Positions 28,593 through 38,576 of a DNA stretch of 56,951 nt are shown in pieces; positions within the stretch are counted from its first letter, which is position 1; every line of letters begins with the position of its first letter. Below the pieces are notes generated by a model. That model saw nothing but the letters and a program-made list of their open reading frames with translations, had not been told where the DNA came from and ran no database searches. Source of the DNA: Desulfurococcales archaeon. Its GTDB lineage: Archaea; Thermoproteota; Thermoprotei_A; Sulfolobales; Desulfurococcaceae. The stretch is taken from assembly GCA_027022365.1 (NCBI GenBank), contig JALVYU010000038.1, positions 1 through 56,951 of the forward strand. The letters are read 5' to 3'. Position numbers and translations under genes: made by a program.

Positions 28593-29924
28593 TTAGCTCA
28601 TCTTTATCTCCGCTCTCTTTAGGAACTCGTTGATCATGTCCTCGAGCGTCGGTCCCTCTATTATCTTTATCCTGAACTCTACGCGTACTACTGGCTTATT
28701 GATCTTTATGAGCCTGGTGATATCGCTTGGAGTTCCAAGGATAACTGCATCTGCTGGCACGTTGTTTATGGTCTGTTCTAGTTCTTTTAGTTGTTCCTGA
28801 GTATAACCTGTGCTGGGGAGTACTGGGCCCATGTGCCTGTATTCCTCGTAGATCTTCTTGAAGAACGGCGTAGCATATGGTCTGGGGTCTACTGGTTCTG
28901 CACCATACTTCTTCGCTGCCACGTATCCAGCGGCATAGGGTGCTCCGCCATGGGTCACGGTGGGTGAGTCCTCGATCACGAGTACTTTCTTGCCTTCGAT
29001 GAGCTCGGGCTTGTCAACAGTTACCTCGCTCACAGCCAGGCTTATCTCTGCCTTAGGGTTAGCCTCCTTCACGTTCTTCTTGATCTCTTCGATGGCGCCA
29101 GGCTTTGCCTGGTCCACCTTGTTGATTATAACGACATCGGCTAGCCTGAGGTTTACTTCACCCGGGAAGCTCCTAACCTCTATGCCTGGCCTCATCGCGT
29201 CGGCTACTAGTATCATGTAGTCTGGCCTGTAGAAGGGCCAATCGTTGTTGCCTCCATCCCATAGTATGATGTCGTTCTCCTGCTCAAGGAGAGCCAGTAG
29301 TCTGCCATAGTCTACGCCCGCGTAAACGGGTAGCCCCATCCTTATGTAGTGCTCATATTCTTCGCGCTCCTCAATAGTTGCCTTGTACTTGTCGAGATCC
29401 TCCATGGTCCTGAACTCCTGTACAGCCATTTCCTCAAGGTTTCCGTACGGCATCGGGTGCCTAACTATTCCTACCTTGTATCCTCTTCCGACAAGTATCC
29501 TGGCTACCTCTTTGGAGACGCTACTCTTACCGGCCCCCGTCTTTACGCCACATACGGCTATTACGGGCCTGCTGCTCTCGATCATGGTCTCCTTGGGGCC
29601 TAGTATCCTGAAGCTAGCCCCAGCGCCGAGAACTCTGCTCATGACGTGTCCTAGCTCTTCGTAGGTTAAGTCACTATAGCTAAGGACGGCCTCGTCGATG
29701 TGGTACTTCTTGATTATTTCCTCGAGATAGTTCATGCTGAGTATAGGTATCCCGTCAGGATATAATCGTCCAGCTAGGCTGGGCGGGTATCGTCGGCCTG
29801 CAATGCCGGGTATCTGGGTCTGTAGAAAAGCTACTACCTTGTACTCAGGATTGTCTCTGTAGACCACGTTGAAGTTGTGGAAATCTCTGCCAGCTGCGCC
29901 TAGTATAACTACTTTTTTGACCAT
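28593..29924 (-). CDS. COG2403 cPGS-like P-loop protein, probable arginine synthetase (ArcE)
   Basis: VILGAAGRDFHNFN, TGAGKS, RHPMPYG, TIEEREEYE, WDGGNND and PTVTHGG motifs. Confidence 0.75.
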   Translation of the reverse strand: MVKKVVILGAAGRDFHNFNVVYRDNPEYKVVAFLQTQIPGIAGRRYPPSLAGRLYPDGIPILSMNYLEEIIKKYHIDEAVLSYSDLTYEELGHVMSRVLGAGASFRILGPKETMIESSRPVIAVCGVKTGAGKSSVSKEVARILVGRGYKVGIVRHPMPYGNLEEMAVQEFRTMEDLDKYKATIEEREEYEHYIRMGLPVYAGVDYGRLLALLEQENDIILWDGGNNDWPFYRPDYMILVADAMRPGIEVRSFPGEVNLRLADVVIINKVDQAKPGAIEEIKKNVKEANPKAEISLAVSEVTVDKPELIEGKKVLVIEDSPTVTHGGAPYAAGYVAAKKYGAEPVDPRPYATPFFKKIYEEYRHMGPVLPSTGYTQEQLKELEQTINNVPADAVILGTPSDITRLIKINKPVVRVEFRIKIIEGPTLEDMINEFLKRAEIKMS

Positions 29925-30007
29925 GATCCCGCACCTCGAGATAAGAATTGTATACGCTATTACTATGTGATGGCGATTCGATATTTAAAATCCAACGGTT
30001 TGGTGGG

Positions 30008-30304
30008 CTAATAGTGGGCTCCACGGAACATGTACCGAGTAACCATATAAACTATCAGGAAGAAGATGAGGATAAACATTATCATTATGAGCATGATCCA
30101 TAACGGGCTGACATACCCTGTCCTGATAACGAGGAATGGGAATATGACGATGACCGTGCCGGTCTGATTAATCTGCGGCTGTGTCGGCGTAATCATTCCT
30201 ATCATGATCAATGTTATCCCGAAGAATAATATAATGAACCCAATCGTGATTAGCACGAACCCCGCTAGGCTCCTAGTAAATGTTTCCTCCGGTGTGGCCG
30301 ACAA
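30008..30304 (-). CDS. Small two-TM membrane protein (DUF131/TIGR00304-like)
   Basis: Hydrophobic helices flanking GTVIVIFPF. Confidence 0.5.
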   Translation of the reverse strand: MSATPEETFTRSLAGFVLITIGFIILFFGITLIMIGMITPTQPQINQTGTVIVIFPFLVIRTGYVSPLWIMLIMIMFILIFFLIVYMVTRYMFRGAHY

Positions 30305-30402
30305 ATTCTTCTCCCTAGATTATATTGTGTAGAGGAGTAGAAAGAGATTAAGTGAAAAAACTGTGTTTTGGGGAAAAGAAATATTGTCTTCCCCTGCTAG
30401 TG

Positions 30403-32904
30403 TTAGAGCAGATCTACGTTCTGGAGCTTCTCCAGGAGCTTGTTGAGCTTCTTCATCATTACTTTGCGCTCGATGCTTGCCACTAGTCTTCTCGTGCTGA
30501 TTACTGCGTCGGGGTTGACGCTGATGCTGTCAATTCCAGCCTCTACGAGGAACTCCACGATCTCTGGGTAGACGCTGGGTGCTTGTCCACAGATGCTGAC
30601 TGTTGCACCCTTGCTGTGTGCCTTCTCGATCAGCATCTTGATGGCTGCTAGTACTGCTGGGTCACGCTCGTCGAAGTAGCCCATGTCGGCTAGGATCTGG
30701 CTGTCACGGTCGGTTGCCAGTACTAGCTGGGTCAGGTCGTTGCTTCCAATGCTGAATCCGTCGACGTACTCGGCGAACTTGTCTGCTAGGAACACGATGC
30801 TCGGTACCTCAGCCATTGCCCAGACCTTGAAGTCCTTGCTCCTCTTTAGGCCTTCCTCCTCCATTATCTTGAGGGCTCTCTCCAGCTCCCAGGTCGTCCT
30901 TACGAATGGGAACATTACCCATACGTTCTTGAGTCCGTACTCTTCACGTACTTTCTTGATAGCGCGTACTTCTAGCCTGAATGCTGGCTCGTACTTCGGG
31001 TGGATGTACCTGCTGACACCACGCCATCCGATCATCGGGTTCCTCTCTTCGGGCTCGTACTTCTCGCCGCCCTTTAGTCCGCGGTACTCGTTGGTCTTGA
31101 AGTCACTGAATCTTACTACTACTGGTCTCGGATAGATTGCCTGTGCGACCTTGGCTATTCCTTCCGCTAGCTTGTCTACGAATAGGTCCGCTTTACCGAT
31201 CTCGATCAGGTATAGTGGATGGTACTGTACCCAGTCAGTAATGATGAACTCAATCCTCATTAGGCCGATACCGTCGAATGGCAGATCCTTATACCTCTCA
31301 ATAGCGTCTGGCTCGCCAAGGTTCATATAGATCTTGGTGGCTGTTACCGGGTATAGTGGTAGTAGCTGCTCGGGGCTTATTCCTACAGCCGCTACGCCTC
31401 CCTCGGCCTTCTCCTCGGGCTGCACAAGCTCCTTCACGATGCCCTCATAGACTACGCCCTTACTGCCATCAACTGTTACCTCCATTCCGCTCTTGATTAC
31501 TTCTGTCGCCTTTCCAGTACCTACTACTGCAGGTACACCTAGCTCACGGCTAACGATTGCCGCGTGGCTTGTCATTCCACCCTCGTCGGTGACGATTGCC
31601 GCTGCCTTCTTCATTAGCGGTACCCAGTCAGGGTCAGTCATCTTGGTTACTAGGATCTCTCCCTCCTTGAACTCTTCTGCCTCCTTGCTGTGTGGGTCGA
31701 AGATCACCTTTGCTACGCCGGCGCCGACGCCTGGGCTGGCCGGTAGGCCTCTCACCAGGATCTTTGCCTCACTCAGGCTGACGATGTTCTTGCCCTTTAT
31801 CTTTACCTTCTTCTCTTTGCCTTCTTTCTCCTTCTTCCTGCTCCAGAAGGTCTCCGGCCTTGCCTGTGTTATGAACACGTTCTGCGGGAATGGTAGATCA
31901 TTGTCTACTGCCCACTCGATGTCCATGTGTCTGCCGTAGTGCTCCTGTATCTTGATGGCTAGCTCGGCCAGCCTCTTTACCTCCTCCTTGGTGAGGCTTG
32001 GCTTGTCGGGGTCGAATTTCTTTACGATGTCTAGGTCTACTACCTCGCCTTCATATACCCAGGCCTTCTTCTCTTCGTCCCAGTGTATCTCGATGTTTGT
32101 CTTTCTCTTTGGATCCCATACTATGGCCAGGGTCTTGTGATGTATCTTCTCCTCCTTTATCTCGAGAGTCTCCTTGTCGACTACCCACTCGTCGGGAGTT
32201 ACTTTACCTGCCACTACTGCTTCGCCTAGCCCCCAGCTACCCTCTATTACCACTACGTCTTCCTCACCGGTTGCTGGGTGGAGGGTGAACATTACACCGG
32301 CTGTTCTGCTATTAACCATCTTCTGCACTGTTACGCTCATTAGGCTCTTCTCATGAGGTATACCGTGCGCTACACGGTAAGCTACTGCACGGGCGGTGAA
32401 GAGGCTTGCCCAGCAGCTCTTAACCATCCTAACAACGTTGTCCTCGCCTACTACGTTCAGGTAGGTGTCCTGCTGGCCAGCGAAGCTTGCCTCAGGCATG
32501 TCCTCGGCTGTTGCACTGCTTCGCACAGCAACACGTAGTGTCTCAGTTGTTAGGCCGACCTTCTTGGCTAGCTCCCTATAGTATTCTTTAATCTCCTCCT
32601 CGATCTCCGGTGGCACTGGCTGATCCATTATCATCTTCCTGATCTTGGCTGTTGTTTCTTCAAGAGCCTTGTAATCGCTGACATCCAGATCTTTCAGCAT
32701 ACCGTATATTGTTGTACCTAGCCCTGTTTTCTGTAGGAAGTATTTGAATGCATAGGCAGTCACTGCGAATCCTGGTGGCACCGGAATGCCGTTACGTAGC
32801 ATTTCTCCAAGGTTCGCGTTCTTACCGCCTACTAGAGGAACGTCGTCCTTGGTGAGCTCTTCAAGCCATACACAGAATCTCTTCTCCTTCGGAACGTTTG
32901 CCAT
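30403..32904 (-). CDS. ppsA: Phosphoenolpyruvate synthase (pyruvate,water dikinase)
   Basis: [35 protein letters not shown] (phospho-His), [12 protein letters not shown]. Confidence 0.97.
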   Translation of the reverse strand: MANVPKEKRFCVWLEELTKDDVPLVGGKNANLGEMLRNGIPVPPGFAVTAYAFKYFLQKTGLGTTIYGMLKDLDVSDYKALEETTAKIRKMIMDQPVPPEIEEEIKEYYRELAKKVGLTTETLRVAVRSSATAEDMPEASFAGQQDTYLNVVGEDNVVRMVKSCWASLFTARAVAYRVAHGIPHEKSLMSVTVQKMVNSRTAGVMFTLHPATGEEDVVVIEGSWGLGEAVVAGKVTPDEWVVDKETLEIKEEKIHHKTLAIVWDPKRKTNIEIHWDEEKKAWVYEGEVVDLDIVKKFDPDKPSLTKEEVKRLAELAIKIQEHYGRHMDIEWAVDNDLPFPQNVFITQARPETFWSRKKEKEGKEKKVKIKGKNIVSLSEAKILVRGLPASPGVGAGVAKVIFDPHSKEAEEFKEGEILVTKMTDPDWVPLMKKAAAIVTDEGGMTSHAAIVSRELGVPAVVGTGKATEVIKSGMEVTVDGSKGVVYEGIVKELVQPEEKAEGGVAAVGISPEQLLPLYPVTATKIYMNLGEPDAIERYKDLPFDGIGLMRIEFIITDWVQYHPLYLIEIGKADLFVDKLAEGIAKVAQAIYPRPVVVRFSDFKTNEYRGLKGGEKYEPEERNPMIGWRGVSRYIHPKYEPAFRLEVRAIKKVREEYGLKNVWVMFPFVRTTWELERALKIMEEEGLKRSKDFKVWAMAEVPSIVFLADKFAEYVDGFSIGSNDLTQLVLATDRDSQILADMGYFDERDPAVLAAIKMLIEKAHSKGATVSICGQAPSVYPEIVEFLVEAGIDSISVNPDAVISTRRLVASIERKVMMKKLNKLLEKLQNVDLL

Positions 32905-33044
32905 TTCGAATCACACCCCCTCTATGCGGGGTTTCTAGGATGGATATATCGGGTGAACTATTTATAAAAGTAGTGTAACGATATATAATGACCATAGCGC
33001 TTCGTATATAACAGTATATATCGGGTTTATAGGGATATGTATGA

Positions 33045-34598
33045 TCACTTTCTGCGCCTAGATTTACCCACAGATCTCTTCCTGACACGGGTGCGGAGGA
33101 GGGTCCAGTATATCCAGGCTCTCCTCTTAAGGGACTCGAGGCGGGCAGGCTCTAATCCATCCGTGTAGGGCGCGTATCTGCTCGAGCTAACTATCCTAGA
33201 TCTCAGCTTTGTTCCTCCCTTATACGCAGATGCGACGAGAATAGCTGCGTGAAGGATTTCGCGCTTCTTAATGCTCATTACTATGTCATCCATATGCTTG
33301 TCGAGGAAGTTAGTTGTATGTAGTGCCTTAAGGAAGACCGGGTGCTTGATAATGCTCTTGATCAGAGGGATATTTGTCTGAATACCTGTTATGATATACT
33401 CGTCCAACGCCCTATTGAGTCGGAGGATAGCCTCCCTCCTATCTCTACCCATCACGATCAGCTTAGCTATCAACGGGTTATATTCACTTGAGACAGTGCT
33501 ACCTGCAACTACTCCGGAGTCAACCCTTACTCCAGGGCCGCTGGGCTCAATGTACTGCTTGATCGTTCCCGGCGAGGGCATGAGTGTGACCGGGTTTTCC
33601 GCGTTTATACGGGCCTCTATAGCGTGGCCCATGATCTTTAAGTCGCGCTGCTTTAGTCTGAGTCTTTCTTCGAGAGCAATTATTATCTGTTGCTTCACTA
33701 TATCGATGCCCGTTATCATCTCTGTAACTGGGTGCTCCACTTGTAGGCGTGCATTGATCTCCATGAAGTAGTGCTGTCTTCTCTTCATATCGTAGAGCAT
33801 CTCTACTGTCCCGGCGCCCATGTATTTTATAGCTTTCATGAGCTTTACTGCATCGCCCGTGATCCTCTTCCGCTCCTCGGGTGAAAGGATTACTGCTGGT
33901 GCTTCCTCGATTATCTTCTGGTGTCTCCTCTGGACGCTACAATCCCTCTCGTACAAGTGTATGACGCGCTCACCGTCACCGAGTATTTGTACTTCTATAT
34001 GTTTTGGGCCCTCAAGGTATGGTTCCACGTAGAGCCTCGGGTCTTTGAAAGCGTTCTCAGCTTCTTTCCGGGCCTGCTCATAGAGCTTGTCGAGCTCTTC
34101 CTCATTGTGGATTATCCTTATACCCATTCCGCCGCCGCCGCCAACAGCTTTAAGCATTAGCGGGTAGCCGTGCTCCTCGGCAAACTCCCTCACATCATCT
34201 ATGCTTTCAGCGATACGCCACGGGAGTGTCGGCACTCCCGCCTTGAAGGCTACTTCTTTGGCTTTGACCTTGTCTCCCGCCAACGCCATGGTTTCGGGGG
34301 AAGGGCCTATGAATATGAATCCTCTCTCCACAACCCTCTTCGCGAATTCCACGTTCTCACTGAGAAAACCGTAGCCTGGGTGTATTGCATCCGCACCCAG
34401 TTCTTCTGCAGCCTCTATTATCTCGTCGATATCGAGGTAACTGCCAACCTCTGCGTCTTCAACCATGAATCTCCTGTGGAGAGAATTTTTGTCCAGGCTA
34501 GTGTAGATCCCTAGTGGTGAGAAGCCCATTTCTTTAATGCTCCTAGCTATCCTGATAGCTATTTCTCCCCTGTTGGCGATTAGTATCCTTATCGTCAA
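33045..34598 (-). CDS. Biotin carboxylase (pyruvate carboxylase subunit A / AccC-like)
   Basis: ILIANRGEIA, HPGYGFLSEN, GGGGMG, ERDCSVQRRHQK, RLQVEH. Confidence 0.92.
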   Translation of the reverse strand: MTIRILIANRGEIAIRIARSIKEMGFSPLGIYTSLDKNSLHRRFMVEDAEVGSYLDIDEIIEAAEELGADAIHPGYGFLSENVEFAKRVVERGFIFIGPSPETMALAGDKVKAKEVAFKAGVPTLPWRIAESIDDVREFAEEHGYPLMLKAVGGGGGMGIRIIHNEEELDKLYEQARKEAENAFKDPRLYVEPYLEGPKHIEVQILGDGERVIHLYERDCSVQRRHQKIIEEAPAVILSPEERKRITGDAVKLMKAIKYMGAGTVEMLYDMKRRQHYFMEINARLQVEHPVTEMITGIDIVKQQIIIALEERLRLKQRDLKIMGHAIEARINAENPVTLMPSPGTIKQYIEPSGPGVRVDSGVVAGSTVSSEYNPLIAKLIVMGRDRREAILRLNRALDEYIITGIQTNIPLIKSIIKHPVFLKALHTTNFLDKHMDDIVMSIKKREILHAAILVASAYKGGTKLRSRIVSSSRYAPYTDGLEPARLESLKRRAWIYWTLLRTRVRKRSVGKSRRRK

Positions 34599-34758
34599 GG
34601 CTCACAGTCCCCGAATGCTGAGATAGCGATAACAGTGTTTAGTCCTTTATTTACACAACGTTCACTAGTCTTGTATGGATTTATCATTTATTACTGTATC
34701 TTTTATATTTGAACATAGGTTTAACCGACATTGTTAAAGTCACGTGCCTCAATGTTGT

Positions 34759-35460
34759 TTAAAAATATCTTGTCCTTAGAGCCTCTAACTTGGAGAGAGC
34801 TTGAAGAGCCTCCAGGGGGCTCTCAATGCTCTGTATCTCCTTCATTTTCTCCCAGTCTTCAAGTGTTAATGGTCTGACACGATATATTGCTAGGCTAGGC
34901 CCTACAGTCTCTATTACATGGCCTAAGCCTCTATCAATCAATAGCCTAGTAATAACCCTCAGATCCTGCCTGCTCGGCACCGGCATGTTTGAGGGGTGTG
35001 TATGGGCTGAAAAACACTGTGGTATCCCGGGAGAGATGACTCGGTCCTCTTCTCCCTCGAGAAGGAATGCTCTTCCGTCGAAGAGTATACCGAGATAGTA
35101 TTCTCTGCGGGTTGCATAGGTTTTTGCCGCATAGTTTTTCATGCGGTAGTGTAGCGTCTCCATATATGTTTTCACGACTTCATCATATAGGCTTGTATAG
35201 GATGTTCTTGCATGCTCGGAGTACACCGCGTTCAGGTCATATTTATCCATGAAGACCTCGATGCTCTCCCCTATATCGTAGCTACATCTCCAACCTTTAA
35301 CCAGTATTTTTGGCCCGGCTGACCACTCAATATCGATTAGCACATCCTCACACTCTGCATCCTCGAGGATGTCTTCGGCAAAATTAATGGTTCTGCTGAT
35401 AAAAGCTATTCTCTCGGCTGACTCGTCCTCTACCAGCATGTTCTGTTTAGGCTTCATCAT
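34759..35460 (-). CDS. Hypothetical protein with a JAMM/MPN+ (JAB) metal-binding motif
   Basis: E...HTH-x7-S-x2-D (REY...SAHTHPSNMPVPSRQD). Confidence 0.6.
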   Translation of the reverse strand: MMKPKQNMLVEDESAERIAFISRTINFAEDILEDAECEDVLIDIEWSAGPKILVKGWRCSYDIGESIEVFMDKYDLNAVYSEHARTSYTSLYDEVVKTYMETLHYRMKNYAAKTYATRREYYLGILFDGRAFLLEGEEDRVISPGIPQCFSAHTHPSNMPVPSRQDLRVITRLLIDRGLGHVIETVGPSLAIYRVRPLTLEDWEKMKEIQSIESPLEALQALSKLEALRTRYF

Positions 35461-35471
35461 GAGCTGCGCCT

Positions 35472-36719
35472 TTACTTGGAGCCGTACTTCTCGTTGAGCG
35501 TCTTTATAAGCTCAACGTATATGTCTACGAACCTGTGGAGAGACTCTACTGGCATGTACTCGTCTACCTTGTGGGGAACATTAGGGTCGCCGGGGCCGTA
35601 GCTTACCGCTTGTACTCCTACTTCGGTGTAGTAGCGCATATCTAGTCCTCCAATACATACTGTTTTCCTCGGCTCGTATCCTAGAACTTTCTTCGCTGCC
35701 TCGACTATCGCCTTTACGATGTCCTGCTCGGGATCCGTGAAGGCAGGATCCATCATCTGGATAAACCTTATCTCGGTGTCGGCGTTCGCTGCGCGTGAGG
35801 CGTCCTCGACGGCTCTCCGTAGCTCCTCTGTGACATCGGATGCTTTCTCCTCGACAATTAACCTCCTATCTATGCTGAAGCTGACCCTGCCTGGCACGAT
35901 GTTTATGCTACCTGGACTTGTCAGTTTTCCTCCAAGAGTTATGGTCGGGTATTCTCCTCCCGGTAGATCATAGTTGTACTTGCTCTTCTTCCTCTTGAGT
36001 GTTGGGGCATAGTTTTCTATGATATGTTTGGCCACGTACACCATTTTCTCGAAAGCATTGATGCCTAGGAATGGTACTGAGCCATGCGCTTGTCTGCCTT
36101 TAACTATCACTTCCGCCCATACAGCGCCCTTGTGTCCGTGCCAGAGCACCTTCTCGCCGCTCGGCTCAGCTATTACAACCCATGTCGGCCTACTCTTCAG
36201 CTCTCTGACAAGGTATCCTGTGCCCGTTAGTCCCCCTATCTCCTCGTCGGGGACGATCGCGGCCTCCACTACTATGTCTAGATCACTGAGTTTCTCCGCC
36301 GCATAGATCATTGCGGCCAGGAATGCCGCTATTCCTCCCTTCATATCGGTTGATCCACGCCCGTAGATCTTTCCGTCCTTGACAACTGGTTTGAATGGCT
36401 CTGTGACGCTCCATCCCTCACCCGGGAAAACTACGTCGTAGTGGCCATTGAACTGGAGTATCTTGTCGCCGCTACCGATCCTGGCTAAGAGTATGTATCT
36501 CGGCCTCTCAGGATGATAGTCTGGGGGAAGATTCTTCTTCAGGTATTCTTCAGGCACACGTATTATACTCGTCTCCACACCGTGTTTTCTGAGAACCTCC
36601 GCGTAATAGTTCACAATGTCCTCATAGGCTTCCCCTAAAACCGTGGGGTACTTGATCGAATCGACTAGTATTTGTTCGGATAATCTATAGAATTCTCCGG
36701 GAAGCATATCATATCCCAC
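35472..36719 (-). CDS. M20-family metallopeptidase (ArgE/DapE-like)
   Basis: FNGHYDVV, GRGSTDMKGG, DEEIGG, AEPS, GRQAHGS and HKVDE motifs. Confidence 0.92.
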   Translation of the reverse strand: MGYDMLPGEFYRLSEQILVDSIKYPTVLGEAYEDIVNYYAEVLRKHGVETSIIRVPEEYLKKNLPPDYHPERPRYILLARIGSGDKILQFNGHYDVVFPGEGWSVTEPFKPVVKDGKIYGRGSTDMKGGIAAFLAAMIYAAEKLSDLDIVVEAAIVPDEEIGGLTGTGYLVRELKSRPTWVVIAEPSGEKVLWHGHKGAVWAEVIVKGRQAHGSVPFLGINAFEKMVYVAKHIIENYAPTLKRKKSKYNYDLPGGEYPTITLGGKLTSPGSINIVPGRVSFSIDRRLIVEEKASDVTEELRRAVEDASRAANADTEIRFIQMMDPAFTDPEQDIVKAIVEAAKKVLGYEPRKTVCIGGLDMRYYTEVGVQAVSYGPGDPNVPHKVDEYMPVESLHRFVDIYVELIKTLNEKYGSK

Positions 36720-36824
36720 GCGTACGGGTTTTTCCTCTGTCCTGCTACTAGATTATATGGTGCTTATACTAAAGAGTATATTCAGTACAGTGATGATCAA
36801 CTACTACTAGTAGGTGTCTGCTGG

Positions 36825-38078
36825 TTGAGAAGGAAAGCTTCTGAAAAGGCAATAAAATGTGTGGATAACTGTTCAGCTAACTATTCGGGGCTCGCCAGAT
36901 GTTTTGTCGAATGCTATGTTGGGGGAGCTCTTAGTGAGGCATATGATTGGATTGCAAGGTTAAAGCATGTGGAGGAGCAAGTAATGCGTCTTTATGGTGC
37001 GAGCGCTATCACGTATAGTCGGGAGCTGAGGAGCTTCCTCGAGGACCCGAAGAGGCATTTGGAGAAAAAACTCTTCATATATACTCATGATTTCATTAGG
37101 GGGAGGATCTCGGCGGAGGAGTACGCCAGGAAATCCCTAATGGCGATCAACACTAGTCTCCGGACAAACCTGAGAACCATTTATCAGGACTGGGGCTTCC
37201 TAGCACTCCTATTGAAAGTCTACCGCGAGGGCACAAGGATCATTTATCCTGAACACAAGATCATAAGCTTGGAGAGGAGCGGCAGACAGAGGTTACGCTG
37301 GATACCTCCTAACATAGTAATAGATGTGCCTGGTTATGGGAGCGCAAGTTTCTTCATGGAGGTGCCAAGGCCTCTCGCATGGGGTGACACCAGCGATTTA
37401 TCGAGAGTTTGGAGTCTTTACACAGCGCTCAGACCGGACATGATGGTCTTCGGAGGCAGAGTATATGATGTTCTCGACATGGACAGTAATCCACCGATAA
37501 AGAGGCCTGACATAATAATAGAGTTCAAGGAGCTCCCCGATTGGTATCGGAGGAAAAGGATTGTCAAGGGCCCATTGGCCAGGCCTCTGAGCGCTGAGGA
37601 GTGGAGGAGCAGGTGGATCGAGGGACTCTACACCGGGCTTGCTGATGTACTCGGAATTAGTAGGGACGAAGCTATGGATAAGCTGAGCAGGAGAACCGGT
37701 GTGCTCATGGATGAGGTAAGGGTTGTTGAGCTCTATAAGAGCATTTATCGGCCCGAACAAATGTTCTTGGTCTCAAAACACGTTGTCCCCGGTGAGATCA
37801 AGGCTATGCTTGAAGGACACGAAATAGTGGTTGTCGATGACGTAGGATTCGACAAGGACAAGCTGGAACCTGTTGCGAAGAGTGTTCTGGAGACCTGCGT
37901 CCTGGTTGAAGAATACATTGTGTCTACTCGTGATAAGGAGCTCGCAGAGGTTCTCGGCATGATAAAGGAGTTGTGGGAGAAAGGCGTTCTCGACAAGGAG
38001 AAAGTAATGAGACTCCTTATCTTCGCGTTATCTGAGGAGAACAGTGGGGCTAATGGATTGGAAAAAAGCGGTCATTAA
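36825..38078 (+). CDS. Hypothetical protein with a PD-(D/E)xK nuclease-like motif
   Basis: LRPDMMV and RPDIIIEFKE; 417 aa; GGTG SD. Confidence 0.55.
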   Translation: MRRKASEKAIKCVDNCSANYSGLARCFVECYVGGALSEAYDWIARLKHVEEQVMRLYGASAITYSRELRSFLEDPKRHLEKKLFIYTHDFIRGRISAEEYARKSLMAINTSLRTNLRTIYQDWGFLALLLKVYREGTRIIYPEHKIISLERSGRQRLRWIPPNIVIDVPGYGSASFFMEVPRPLAWGDTSDLSRVWSLYTALRPDMMVFGGRVYDVLDMDSNPPIKRPDIIIEFKELPDWYRRKRIVKGPLARPLSAEEWRSRWIEGLYTGLADVLGISRDEAMDKLSRRTGVLMDEVRVVELYKSIYRPEQMFLVSKHVVPGEIKAMLEGHEIVVVDDVGFDKDKLEPVAKSVLETCVLVEEYIVSTRDKELAEVLGMIKELWEKGVLDKEKVMRLLIFALSEENSGANGLEKSGH

Positions 38079-38106
38079 TTCGTGAAATCGACTCGTTGGG
38101 AAATCG

Positions 38107-38349
38107 TTACTCTACTGGTTCTACCTTGATTATCTGTACTGGACAGGCCGCGGCCGCGTCCTCCGCACAGCTCTTTAGATCTTCAGGGATGATTCCAACG
38201 GCTATGTTGCCGTTCTCCCTGTATTTCTCGACGATCTGGCTCTTATTGTCCTCAGGATTCATCTCGAAAACGTCGGGACAGATGCTTACACATACCATGT
38301 CGGATATACAGTTATCACGTGGATCGATAACAACCTTGTACTTGGCCAT
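38107..38349 (-). CDS. fdx: Monocluster ferredoxin (Pyrococcus-type, Asp replaces one Cys ligand)
   Basis: CISDMVC...CPDVFEM...AAAACPVQII. Confidence 0.9.
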   Translation of the reverse strand: MAKYKVVIDPRDNCISDMVCVSICPDVFEMNPEDNKSQIVEKYRENGNIAVGIIPEDLKSCAEDAAAACPVQIIKVEPVE

Positions 38350-38479
38350 TCCTTATCACCATGATATTATGATTATGATACCGGAAAATAAGGGTTTCAG
38401 TAGTATATTATTGATTTCAATAAATGCTATTATGCGATACATATACTTGGATATATACGCTCATCAGAAAATTTTATCG

Positions 38480-38576
38480 AGAAAAGAAGAGTCGGCTATG
38501 CGGGGCCCATATCATCCGGGACCTCATCGATTACTCGGCCCTTCACATTTAACCCGGGATTCCTCGTCATCCCGAT
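38480..38576 (-). ncRNA. Candidate structured ncRNA (C/D-like or K-turn-containing)
   Basis: GC-rich intergenic island with nested stems and box-like ATGACGA / CCGA / CGATGA / CCGA, followed by a T-rich tract on the minus strand. Confidence 0.35.

Noticed and set aside
8001-36807. 12-bp inverted match (GTAGTAGTTGAT near 8001, ATCAACTACTAC near 36796)
   Set aside because: About one such match is expected by chance among intergenic sequence; no transposase or target-site duplication.
36789-36845. GTGATGA ... CTGA 55 nt apart as a possible C/D sRNA
   Set aside because: Internal D'/C' boxes are poor, spacing is wrong, and it overlaps an SD and start codon.
38107-38349. Missing second Cys in the ferredoxin motif as a defect or novelty
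   Set aside because: CxxDxxC is the known Pyrococcus furiosus-type Asp-ligated cluster.
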